In this document: positions 36,010-46,203 of the stretch, piece by piece
Layout: the number at the start of each line of letters is the position of its first letter
Numbering within the stretch: position 1 is the first letter of the stretch
NCBI GenBank assembly: GCA_937625935.1
Contig: OW569384.1
Coordinates: forward strand, 124,001 to 188,000
Direction of reading: 5' to 3'
Source: Tetramitus jugosus
Lineage: Eukaryota > Protista > Heterolobosea
DNA: 64,000 nucleotides
Notes under the pieces: generated by a model
The model's database searches: none
Seen by the model: the letters and a program-made list of their open reading frames with translations, nothing else
What the model was told of the DNA's origin: nothing
Position numbers and translations under genes: made by a program

Positions 36010-36622
36010 GATGTTCCAATGTTTTCAAGTGTTTTTTCTTCCGGATGGAAAAAGACACAGGGGGGACACTCAACTTTTTCTGCCGCTCAAAGTATCGGTT
36101 GAAGCTAACCAACACCAAACACAACAGAAAGAGCATCAACAACATCTACAACAACAACAACAAGCTACTGTACCATCATCATCTCCTTCTTCTCCATCGA
36201 CGTCATCTCCAACCTCTACAACTTCTTCCATTCAACAACATGCAGATGATAAAAAGGAACAACAACAACAATGGCGCGATGTCGACGAAATACAAGAAGA
36301 GTTGCAATTCGCCACCACACCAAACAATCTGGCAAGTAAGTTGAATGCCTACTTACTGATGGGTTCAGGCAGCGTAGGTTCCAAGAAGATTTGACTGAAC
36401 AAGTGTTGTTACTGAACTTTAGTTAGAACTTTGATGACTTTCGAAATTTGCTTTTCATACATCACACGATGATATGTGATTAAAGTTTGATCATCTGCAG
36501 TGAAAGTACTTCCAATTGTCTTTACACTAGAGGAGCGATCATAGGATTCTTCCGGTGTCTTACAGTACCACCACTGTCACACTCTAAATCTATCTGAAAT
36601 TAGTTGTATGAAACAAGCCATA

Positions 36623-36913
36623 TCATACCCGGGGAGCGTAGATAATTCTTCGTGGTTGGTAAGTTATTCTCGGTTTGCTCACCACCAAAACATCCTTGAT
36701 TATTTCGCGTCGACAGACGCAACATGTATTGTGATTTTGAAACCAACTTGCAATACACTTCCAGTGAAATGTATGTTGGCATTCAGTGGTGAATATATTG
36801 GTATTGGCGTACGACATGCAAATTGTACATTGATGCTGTCGTTTATTCATCAGATACTTGTTGTGGTGCTTTCGTCGGGAACTCTTGCCTCTACTTCCTC
36901 GCTTCTTCTTCAT
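36623..36913 (-). CDS. Small RING-H2 finger protein (putative E3 ligase) with basic N-terminus
   Basis: CTIC...CQHTFHWKCIASW...TCCVCR, C3H2C3 spacing; intronless, 96 aa. Confidence 0.75.
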   Translation of the reverse strand: MKKKRGSRGKSSRRKHHNKYLMNKRQHQCTICMSYANTNIFTTECQHTFHWKCIASWFQNHNTCCVCRREIIKDVLVVSKPRITYQPRRIIYAPRV

Positions 36914-37090
36914 TTGTTGTTTTATTCTTTTTGATCGCGATCACACATACATATTCTAATTTTACAAACAGACCAGTTGAGTTAACACATCAACAAATAA
37001 AACAAAGTCAGATCGAATGAAATTTAAGGGGAATAGTATTGTCGATGATTTTAAGTTTGTGCGCGGTGTGTTTAACATGCTGCAGCCTTA

Positions 37091-40000
37091 TGAAACAACA
37101 TCGACATACACAATCACCTATTTGGGTCATGAATGATATACACTTACATAGTGAGATTCTACTTATGATAACCACATGAAACTTCAAGCTTAGAACAACA
37201 AGACTTACAACACTTCGAAGAACATGCTTTGGCCCCAATCTTATTACAAGATATACATTTCTGTCTAACATTGGACACGACATCTCTCGACAAACCAATG
37301 ACAGGATTTGTCAAGATACCATGTTCATCAAAATTCCGATGCCATAGATGAGCATCGATTGTTTTCGCCCGCTCAGTTATCAGCTTTCTCACGGTCATTC
37401 CATTACCATCGGCGATATATTGCAGTATCTTCTCCATCGCTATAACATCAGGTTCCACTTTATGTTGATTCTCAATTCGTTGATTGAACAGATATTCATA
37501 TACTGAACCAAGGTCATATTTAGATAGACCTTTTACTCGACACTTGAATATTGGTAGCGTGTCCACAAATATGAGCCTCTTTCTACAAAGACGCTCGTCC
37601 AGGTTTGTTTGATGTCTGGTGTAAACCTCCATCAACACATCTCTATCGAATGTGGCATTATGACAGACAATAGCCGTCACATTCGATTGGTTCAACATAC
37701 GCACAAGCTTTTGAATTGCATTTACCTCCGGTTCTGCCTCTAGTAACATGGTTTCAGTAATCCCCGTTTTCCTAGTTGCCTCATGAGATAATCTAATCCC
37801 AGAGTTAATATACAAAGGAAAGCTCAGGGCTTCCTTTGTATCCAAACAGATACAGTATAGATCTGTTAAACCTCTAGGTGTCTGGAAACCAGTAGTTTCT
37901 GTGTCAAGAAATAATATTTGGCTATCATCCATGACTCTGAGGACATTATATTCCACATGATGAAGTGTGCAACCACCTTGATCCCTACAGCACTTTGCAC
38001 ATCGACTATTTGAGCACTTACTTGCTGAAGCTCGCCTGCATGAACCACTAGCACATATCTTTGACGTTTTGTTGGTTCTTGTGGAAGAACTGGATGTAGT
38101 AGCGGCAGTATTTGTTGAAGGTCTGGAATCTTTCCGAAGAATGACAGAGCCAGCAGAGGTGTCAAACTCAGTATTATCAATTATCTGCGGATGATCTCCA
38201 ATAGATGAAATAGAGAGATGCTCCTCTAGAAGTTGAGATGAATCGATGATGGTAGAATCTGATAACTTAGCCGTTCGTTTCATCTCATTAGTTACTGCAG
38301 TTGCCACGGTTTTGCTGATTGCATGTGCAGTTTGTAAATGATTAGCTAGGCACTTTGGGTACGAATATAACTTCTCGCAACTGCATCCTTCTACCGGACA
38401 AGATAAATAGACAGGGGCTCTACACTTATGTTGTGATCCTATTGTGACGAAGTTCTTGATTGGACGGAATCTATCAAGCAATTGTTGCACGAATGGAGTG
38501 ATAACAGATGATCTTTGTTGTCTTGGAATTGTTTTCTTTCGTTTTAAGTTCGGAGTTTTCAAAACTATATCAATATCACAGTAGTTCTTGCCTAGAGGAC
38601 ATCTTGGAACCGCGAATCCCAGATCAGATTCATCTGCAAATTTGATTTGCATTATCAAGTATGCTTGGGCATGGAGTCTAGCATATTCAGCAACGGAGAA
38701 TACAGGATTCTTAGCTCGCATAATTGAGAAGAAATTTTCTACAACCAGTGTCCCAAGCGAACTGAACCGAAATTGAGTATTTTTCCACTTTTCAACCAGT
38801 TGTATGAGATTGTCAATCGTAATTGTTATATGATGAATTGTAGGGTTGGGGGTTCCTTCAATAGATTTAAAAAATTTAGAGCATATCTCCATCTGTTTTT
38901 TCCGGTCAGTCCAAACGATATTATTACTGTATAAACATTGATAAAGATTCTTCATGTTTTGAATATATGCTCCAATCGCTTTGTATTTAAAATCTGTATG
39001 ACTGGTCAATACTGTTGTATCCATATTGATAAGTGCCTTCACAGGTTCCCATTTGAGTTTGTTCGGATTGAGAACCTTTGGGTCAAGTTTCAATTGAAGC
39101 GTATCTATTGCATCAGCAAGTAATTTGCTGTTAATGGCAACTCTATTCTGGTTCACGACGACGATAATATCATTGTTTAGCAAAGCATTTCGAATATTCT
39201 TAACTATATGTTGGGAGTCGTATATGTGAAATACATCTGGGTAACGCAATTTAAGTGCTTCTTCCACTTCTGCATTTTGTGGATCGCCATCACTGGATGT
39301 CCAAGCGAGAACAAACTTTTTTGTTTCTTCAAGCTTTTGGATTAGAGGGCATAGGTGTTTCATTAGACAATCGGTCAACTTTGTGTTCGCGTTCTTTGCA
39401 AAGAAAGCCAACGGAAAAGTATTGCTTCCGTTTGCAAATGTTATAAATAACTGCAATACCTTATCCCCCAAAAGGCATTCGATGGAAGGCTCATCCATAT
39501 TTCGGAGGTCATCTATGGTGAGAATACTTTCTCCCCCAACAACGAACAGATCTCCACTCTTGTGCATGACTTCAAGACCACTTCTAATATCAGTTTCATC
39601 CCAAGAGATGCCAATTGGTATTGGATCGTTTGTAGTCACCGAATCAATCAAATTTTTGAAATCTGTGTCAGATAGGGGACCATCGTTTCAGTGTTTTGTT
39701 GTGAGGAAACATCATATTACTCCTCCCATTTACTCGTGCAGATGATGTTAATATATCGATAGCTTTCTTTCCTCCATACCATTTTAAATACATGGCTAAT
39801 AGTAAGATAGAGTTGTCGTATCTGTGACCATTGGATGTCTTTTTGTTGAAGTTCCGAAAACATATACGTATCCAATGTGAAAAGAATGAGTTGTTGAAAC
39901 TAGGATTTTGTATTGTAGATGAAAAGTCTTTGATCAATGAAGTAGATTCTTGAAAAGCAATAGTTTGTCCCTGAGATCTTAGCTTGTCGTTGTCTGATTT

Positions 40001-41110
40001 GAGTTTCGAGTTGTGATGTTGATACTGTTTGATGTACTCCCGTAGTAGCTCAGGGGGATCATGAATCTTCACTTTTCGTTGCGTTAGATCGTTCACGAGG
40101 TGATTCTTCAATCTCTTGATGCGGAATCTCAATATGTTATTGAACAACTTTTTACATTCTTGACACATAATATTTTGCTCTGAAAGGCTTTGACATAGTA
40201 TAGAATGAACTCTTCCTATGTCGTTGATATTATGTTGTCGTGCTATAACCATGTTCTTTTTTGAATCTAATATAACACCATTATTTATAATGTATTTTAA
40301 GCTGTCATCAATAATTCCGGGACAATTATGTTGTTTTGGTTTTTTGGAAGATCGATGTTCGGGTGTATCTCGCTTTCTTTTAGCATTTGTTGATAACCAT
40401 TGATTTGTATCTTCTTTAGAAAGTATTGTTCCTCTGTAATGGCTTTTCGTACTTGAAGATTGATAACGATGATATTTTATGACTATTGGTGTATCAGTAG
40501 ATGTGATGTTGTTTGTCAGTCTTTTTATTTCCTCCAAGCAATGCCAACAAATTTTATTGAGTTGGTTTCCGTTGCTTTTGTGTATGTGTACTCCATATGG
40601 GATGTTGTATAGTTTTGTTCCATTATTCACTTTATGTTGAAATACCACGCATTTACTCATACTATTCTTCGTTTGTGTTTGAAATTGTGCTCTGTTCTGA
40701 TTCCAATGAGTGCAAAAATTTGTTGAACATTCACCAGATTGAAGTTCAATAAACACGATGAAGATTCAATTATGGCGTTTGTGTGTATCAGGCCCTTTGA
40801 CACCCGCTGAATTTTCCTGGAACTTCGTTTTTACTGCATGTATTCTGTTATCCCCTATGAAATAAGTGCAAGTACAAGCACAAGAATCGTTGGTGTTCAT
40901 TTTCTCTTCCTTTTCACTTGTTCGGTTCCCACTCTCCAATGTGCGCGAAATAAGAGATTTAGTCGCCGAAACTGGTTGGAGTGTCCCCCCTATGGAAAAA
41001 GAGGAAGTTCTACTTCCCAAGAAATACCCCTTCGTACTACGACTGTCAGTCCGCGTGCACGAAAAGCGTGACACGGACTTCCGATTACACCGATTTTCGA
41101 TGTTGCTTCA
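37091..41110 (-). mobile_element. P-superfamily DNA transposon (ends uncertain; may extend to include the RING gene)
   Basis: Encodes a P-type transposase; more AT-rich than flanking genes. The only inverted-repeat candidate found is a 13/14 match (37091-37104 vs 41097-41110). No TSD seen. Confidence 0.6.
37159..40660 (-). CDS. P-element-like DDE transposase fused to C2H2 finger, DEDDh exonuclease and two SRS-type zinc fingers; one +1 frameshift near 39670
   Basis: ORF1: GHRYDNSILLLAMYLKWYGGKKAIDIL...FPHNKTLKRW. ORF2: ISWDE, TFPLAFF, SSDG, DSQHIVKNIRN, VVENFFS (P-type D-D-DxxH-E), then CPVEGC...HLQTAH, FLDTETTG/HNATFD/HKVEPD. Start at ATG 40660 is inferred. Confidence 0.85.
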
Positions 41111-41852
41111 ACAGTTGGTCACCGGCACCCACCGAATGGACGATCCTTTGCTCTTCTAATACTTTATCCATCAGTCTTACATGTCAATACTATGAAACCT
41201 GAGAAAAAGATTTAGCTTAAAATGCTTCGCTCCTTCCGCAAGCGAAAAGAACTCAAAGAGGAGAGCTTGAAGGATCAGAATACTTCTGGAAACGAAGCTT
41301 CGGAAAATTGATTGTCCATCCTTCCAAAGACACAACTTGCAGATTTAAGAAGGAAAGGAATCCATATCTATCAAATGAACTCAACAGATATTGTGCTTTG
41401 CAACAAGTTCACCGCAACAGGAGGATTCGAGAACATTTTCCAAGTAAACCCATTCCAATCTGCAAATTTTGCTGGATACTCAATGTCACCTTGACGTTCT
41501 CAGATCAACTAATGAACTTTGAACTCCACTTGGATGCTTTCACTCAACGACCAGTGCTATGGGAGCACAGAGACACCAAATTAGAGATTTCAAGTTACAA
41601 AACTGGTGTACTTGATTCCACTGTTTGAAGTACCTGAAGGATTGCAATGTCAAGGATCTGCGAGAAGAAGCTGCTTCTCTTGTCAACATCTTCAGAAAGT
41701 AATGGTTTGAGGATTGCAATTGAATCGAATGATTTTGAAAATTTTAAAGGGAGGAAACACAGAAGAAGTGGTTGGCATGTAAAGCACGAGCTCACACTCG
41801 ATTAAACAAATGAAATTTTTCAGGATAAAATACTCTACATTATAACTGATTG

Positions 41853-42983
41853 CTATGACAATTCTCTAAGCTTTTCCAAACAACCAACAATCATACTCTT
41901 ATTCTTCTCCTGATTCAAATCCTGTGCACTAAACAAACAATACTTTGGGATTCCTAGTTTGACACACGCGTCCAAAAATAATTCCACATTTGCATTGGAT
42001 TGAAAGATGGACCGTACTTTGTACTGTATCTTTCTCGTTGATATCAGCAGATTTCCTTCTGTTTGATTTTCAGTCTTCTTGCCAATCTCATTCACAAGTT
42101 GGCAAAGGATCACTCCTGAAGCTAAATTCTGATAGAATGACAGGTTTGGCTGGAATTGCAGCGCTTGATGATTGTTATCACTTTGATAATTGACAATCAT
42201 TGATTCAATCCAAGATTGCAATTGCACTTGAAGTGTTTCCAATTCCTGCTCCGTGTACTGTGGTGTCATGACTCGAAGTGAAAGTCTTCGATTGGAATTC
42301 AACACTGGTGAAGATGGAGAGGACGGTGAAGATGGTGAAACAGCAAACGGTGAAGAGATGGACGATGGCAGCGATGATGAAGGAGAACTGAGTGACCGAT
42401 CTCTATGTTGCGTCATAGGACCTCCACCATTATGACTTGTCGATGAGAGACGCCTCTGATGATGATTCATCATTAAGGATGCAGCATTTTGAGTAGTCGT
42501 CGGTGTGTTCGGCGTGTTCGGTGTGGTAGGTGTCACAGTTGACGTTGGAGTCGTCGATGAAGAAGATGAAACAACAGTAGTAGTAGTGCTGCTTCTTCGA
42601 CCAACATTAATAGTACTGTGACTGCGATGAGACCGATGATTGTTTGTTGGACTCGTATGATTGGCTTGTTGAATCATTTGTTCGAACATTAACATTTTTT
42701 CTCTTGTTGGGCTATGAGAATACAACTGTTGTTGCTGTTGTGGTTGCTGCTGTGGAGAGGATGATTCAACGACTGATAATGACATCTTTGAAGATGAAGG
42801 AACTAAAGGTTGAATTTTTGGTTCAATGAACAGTGAGAGAGTAGGAGGTGGTGTAGCTACTGTTGCCACACTTGTTGTCTCAGCTATCGATATCGTTGTC
42901 CTTGTGCTTGTAGTCGTAGCACCTATTATAGGTGTTATCATCATCATGTTATCATCGTTTCGTACATCAATAATCGTCGTCAT
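41853..42983 (-). CDS. Calponin-homology (CH) domain protein with S/T/P-rich disordered N-terminus
   Basis: LQSWI...LASGVILCQLVNEI...NVELFLDACVKLGIP...LFSAQDL...IVGCLEKL. Confidence 0.85.
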   Translation of the reverse strand: MTTIIDVRNDDNMMMITPIIGATTTSTRTTISIAETTSVATVATPPPTLSLFIEPKIQPLVPSSSKMSLSVVESSSPQQQPQQQQQLYSHSPTREKMLMFEQMIQQANHTSPTNNHRSHRSHSTINVGRRSSTTTTVVSSSSSTTPTSTVTPTTPNTPNTPTTTQNAASLMMNHHQRRLSSTSHNGGGPMTQHRDRSLSSPSSSLPSSISSPFAVSPSSPSSPSSPVLNSNRRLSLRVMTPQYTEQELETLQVQLQSWIESMIVNYQSDNNHQALQFQPNLSFYQNLASGVILCQLVNEIGKKTENQTEGNLLISTRKIQYKVRSIFQSNANVELFLDACVKLGIPKYCLFSAQDLNQEKNKSMIVGCLEKLRELS

Positions 42984-43351
42984 TGCAGAATTGGAATGGT
43001 TCGTTTCGTGATCACTATTGTTGTGATTCTCATGATTGTGAGTCGTATTGTTAATCGTAATGACAGGAGAATGGTGGTACTCATTGTTCGTTTCAGCAGA
43101 GGTAATATCTATTAGAATCGCTTCTCGAACCGTGTCATTCTTCTTTTCACTCTTTCGAAGAGTCTTGCTTTTCTTTTTTGAAATAATTTTTACATTCTTC
43201 TGTGTGTTCGCTTGTGTCTTTGGCGGAGGTTGATACGACTGTTTTCCAATGAGCGTTCATTTAGTCGTAGATCGATTATTGGAGGGAGAAAATAAAACAA
43301 AATTTTTAATATACAATCCGAAGTTTTTTTGTAAGGCCGCACAGTGGTTTT

Positions 43352-43810
43352 TCAATGGTGTGTCGTAGTAGTACCTACTTTGAATGAATCATTGATATCT
43401 TGCGATCGATTATCATTGTTCACCAACAATGACATTGAATCATTATTGTTGTTGTTGTTGTCGTTGTAAGTCTCCTCCTGATGCCACTGTGTTGTTGACA
43501 AATTTTCTTCATCGTCGGACAATAAGGGTGCTTGGAGGGAGCGGTGCTGCGCAGTGTTTGTTTCGTCAGCATGACTGTTGGTTGGTTGAGATGCCTTATG
43601 AGAGAAACATTTGTTCAGTGTCTCCCGAATAGACTGTATGGACGACCATGAACGATGATGACTGTTGCTATTGTTGTTGGTGGTGTGGTGCGGAAAGAAA
43701 CGATTCTTCACATAGAGTAAAATGACAAAGATGATGAGGAGAAGGAGAAGAAGAAACAGTATCATGAGTGGTACTGTCAGAGTGACATATAGCATTGCCA
43801 GTCCATTCAT
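43352..43810 (-). CDS. Small single-pass membrane protein, unknown function
   Basis: Strong N-terminal hydrophobic helix followed by KNR; cytosolic tail with dileucine-like APLLSDDEE. Confidence 0.55.
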   Translation of the reverse strand: MNGLAMLYVTLTVPLMILFLLLLLLIIFVILLYVKNRFFPHHTTNNNSNSHHRSWSSIQSIRETLNKCFSHKASQPTNSHADETNTAQHRSLQAPLLSDDEENLSTTQWHQEETYNDNNNNNNDSMSLLVNNDNRSQDINDSFKVGTTTTHH

Positions 43811-44313
43811 TTTGTGTTTGTTGTTTTTTGTGAATTTGCGTAAAAATGTTTGTCAAGTCAGTCATGTGTCACACGGAGAAATACAGACATGATCGGACAA
43901 GAAAAGCCTACATTACTGAGGGTTCTCGAGTAGTCTCCTATCTCAATACTGACTCAGCCAGATGACGCTTAACTTCTCTATTCGGATGGGAAGAGGTGGT
44001 TCCATCATTGTATGAACGTAGACATCGATAAAGATACTTAGAACTATTTGTGTGATTAAATATGTAAATGTTGAAATGCATTCGCGTTTTTTGAGAATTA
44101 TTTTGAGTCCAGGTGAATCAAGCAACAATTGAATCGTATTCGGTAAGCATCTGATCGATAGGCAATAGATTCATTTAATTATCATTCACTCCTTATCGAC
44201 TGATAATGCTGCTCTTACGAGTTCATCGAGAGAAGATTGAAAACCTTCTGACTTCACAGGCCACCCATAATCGAGTTGAGTGCTGTTCGAAAACCAACCT
44301 GCAAAAAAAAAGC

Positions 44314-45342
44314 ATGACCACAGAATCAGCAACACTCAGCTGGGACGAACTGTTCCAGGTTCTGCTCTTTCTGCCAGTATCAGATGTGTGTCACTATTCT
44401 CAGACCAATTCTTTTACTTATGACTGCATCACATCCAATCAACACTTGTGGAGTGAGCTTCTCAAAAGAGATTTTGGTGACTTTTTGGAAATCTTGCAGT
44501 CATCTCTGACTGTCATTGAAGAAGAAGACACTACAAAGATTCCATTTGGTGGTGGATGTGACGAGCTGAGAGATTATACTTGTTACTATGCACGATTTTG
44601 TCAGTTTCCGTTCAATCTCGTAGAGTCCCCTCCCGTGTTCAACGATGAAAACAATTGCACAGTTTCAAAGGTTGCATTCGGTGTGGTATCCAGCCAACTA
44701 AACCTATCAGTGCTCTCCATCTTAAGAGACAGACAACTAAAAAAACAACAGGATGATTCGTGTCATACGATGATTGGTGTCGATTTTAAGGTTATGTACA
44801 TGGCTTCCAAAGAGCCAACGAAGACTTCGAACTTTGCACTTCAATTTTGGATTCCCGGTCGAGGTGTGGAGTTATCTCAACGCATTGCGAGAGGTTTCTA
44901 CCGAGGGACTCAATGCTTGGTGATCGCGGTTGACCCTAGGCATGCATGGGATGAATGTAGTTATTCCACTAGTTTGCCATACAGCAATAAGGGCACGAAT
45001 TCAATGTCGAGAGCTTTGACTGCACTCAAGGAGAGTAAACCTCATTTAAAGCTTGAACCACCAAATGCATGCAAGGGAGTGTTGATTGTTGGTGTCGGGG
45101 CTTGGTCAAAAGATGCACCAATTTCAAAACAGAGATTCCTCAAGGATTGTGCTCAAGTGTTATTGTGTGATATTTTACCTTTGGAGTACTGTGAGGTAAC
45201 CAGTTCTAATGTAACAGTAATGTCTGATCTAATTTTGAGGCGGCTTTACACATTTCATCAATGGGCTGCTCTTGATGGAGATAATCTACCACCACCCAAA
45301 CCAACACAACAAGCCCCAACATCGAGATGCATCTTGAGTTGA
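44314..45342 (+). CDS. F-box protein fused to a degenerate Rab-like small-GTPase domain with C-terminal CaaX
   Basis: F-box LSWDELFQVLLFLPVSDV...LWSELLKRDF; Rab-like TMIGVDFKV, LQFW, GFYRGTQCLVIAVD; ends CILS. Confidence 0.72.
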   Translation: MTTESATLSWDELFQVLLFLPVSDVCHYSQTNSFTYDCITSNQHLWSELLKRDFGDFLEILQSSLTVIEEEDTTKIPFGGGCDELRDYTCYYARFCQFPFNLVESPPVFNDENNCTVSKVAFGVVSSQLNLSVLSILRDRQLKKQQDDSCHTMIGVDFKVMYMASKEPTKTSNFALQFWIPGRGVELSQRIARGFYRGTQCLVIAVDPRHAWDECSYSTSLPYSNKGTNSMSRALTALKESKPHLKLEPPNACKGVLIVGVGAWSKDAPISKQRFLKDCAQVLLCDILPLEYCEVTSSNVTVMSDLILRRLYTFHQWAALDGDNLPPPKPTQQAPTSRCILS

Positions 45343-46047
45343 ATTGGCTTATTTGGATTCAACAATCGTTCGATGGCCCAAGCTCTTTTGTGGAAGCTTC
45401 AATGGAAAATTCAATAAGCAAAATCAAAGAAGAAATTCCAAAGACATTATCTCAATGCAATTGGACTCGAGGGCTCTGCACAAGTTAAACAACCAGACAA
45501 TTACCCAGGTCCAACTTTCTGAAATATGTTCATTTCTGGGCGGAGATTCAGGTTCTAGTGAAGAACATCCTCTCTGTCGAACCACAATTCTACTCTTGTA
45601 TCCTTAGGCATGTTCAATTTGTTAAGCTGTAAGGCGAAAACCTCTCTAATTCTACGCCTAACCTCTTGTGCGGGCGGACACTCAACTATTAGATGAACAA
45701 TAGTTGTGTAATGTGCCACTCCTAACCTGGTGATAAAACCAGAGTTCTCTTCTATCCACTTTAGGAACGTGTTCCATTCACCGGTACGCCATTGATACAG
45801 AGTACATACGTCGTACGGTTCGAAGTTACATCAGCCCGACGGCACGGAGGACCGGCCAGTTCCACATAAAACTGGACACGCCTGTATTCCTTGGTCCAAG
45901 TCCTTTCAGTCCATACAATTGCTTTGCTTTCTCGTACAATGAGACATGATTCCGCTCAGCACGTTATGAGCAGTGTTTCATCTCTCTGTCACAAATTGTT
46001 CTCTCTGCATCCTTTTTGGTGTCTTTTTTCGTCAATTTACTGTAGAT

Positions 46048-46127
46048 GGCGGAATGGCCGAGAGGTCTAAGGCGGTACGTTCAGGTCGTATTCCGAAAGG
46101 GCGTGGGTTCGAACCCCACTTCCGTCA
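46048..46127 (+). tRNA. tRNA-Leu (anticodon CAG)
   Basis: GGCGGAA/TTCCGTC acceptor stem, TGGCCGAGAGG A-box, GTACG-TTCAGGT-CGTAT anticodon arm, long variable arm, GGTTCGAACCC B-box, downstream TTTT. Confidence 0.94.
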
Positions 46128-46203
46128 AACCTTTTGTGGTTTTTTCAACCCAAAAACTCAAGTCAAACAAAAACCATTGAACAATCAACAAAGAACACAC
46201 AAG

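Noticed and set aside
40766-41074. Upstream in-frame ORF separated from transposase ORF1 by one TGA (read-through or recoding)
   Set aside because: No domain features upstream of MSKCVVF; all other genes use the standard code.
36557-41181. 8-bp direct repeat GTCTTACA at 36557 and 41174 as a P-element TSD
   Set aside because: Enclosed ends are not inverted repeats, and 8-mer matches are expected by chance over these flanks.
45973-46203. N-terminal extension of the 970-aa ORF
   Set aside because: Starts at a non-ATG codon and runs through tRNA-Leu; an ORF-caller artefact.
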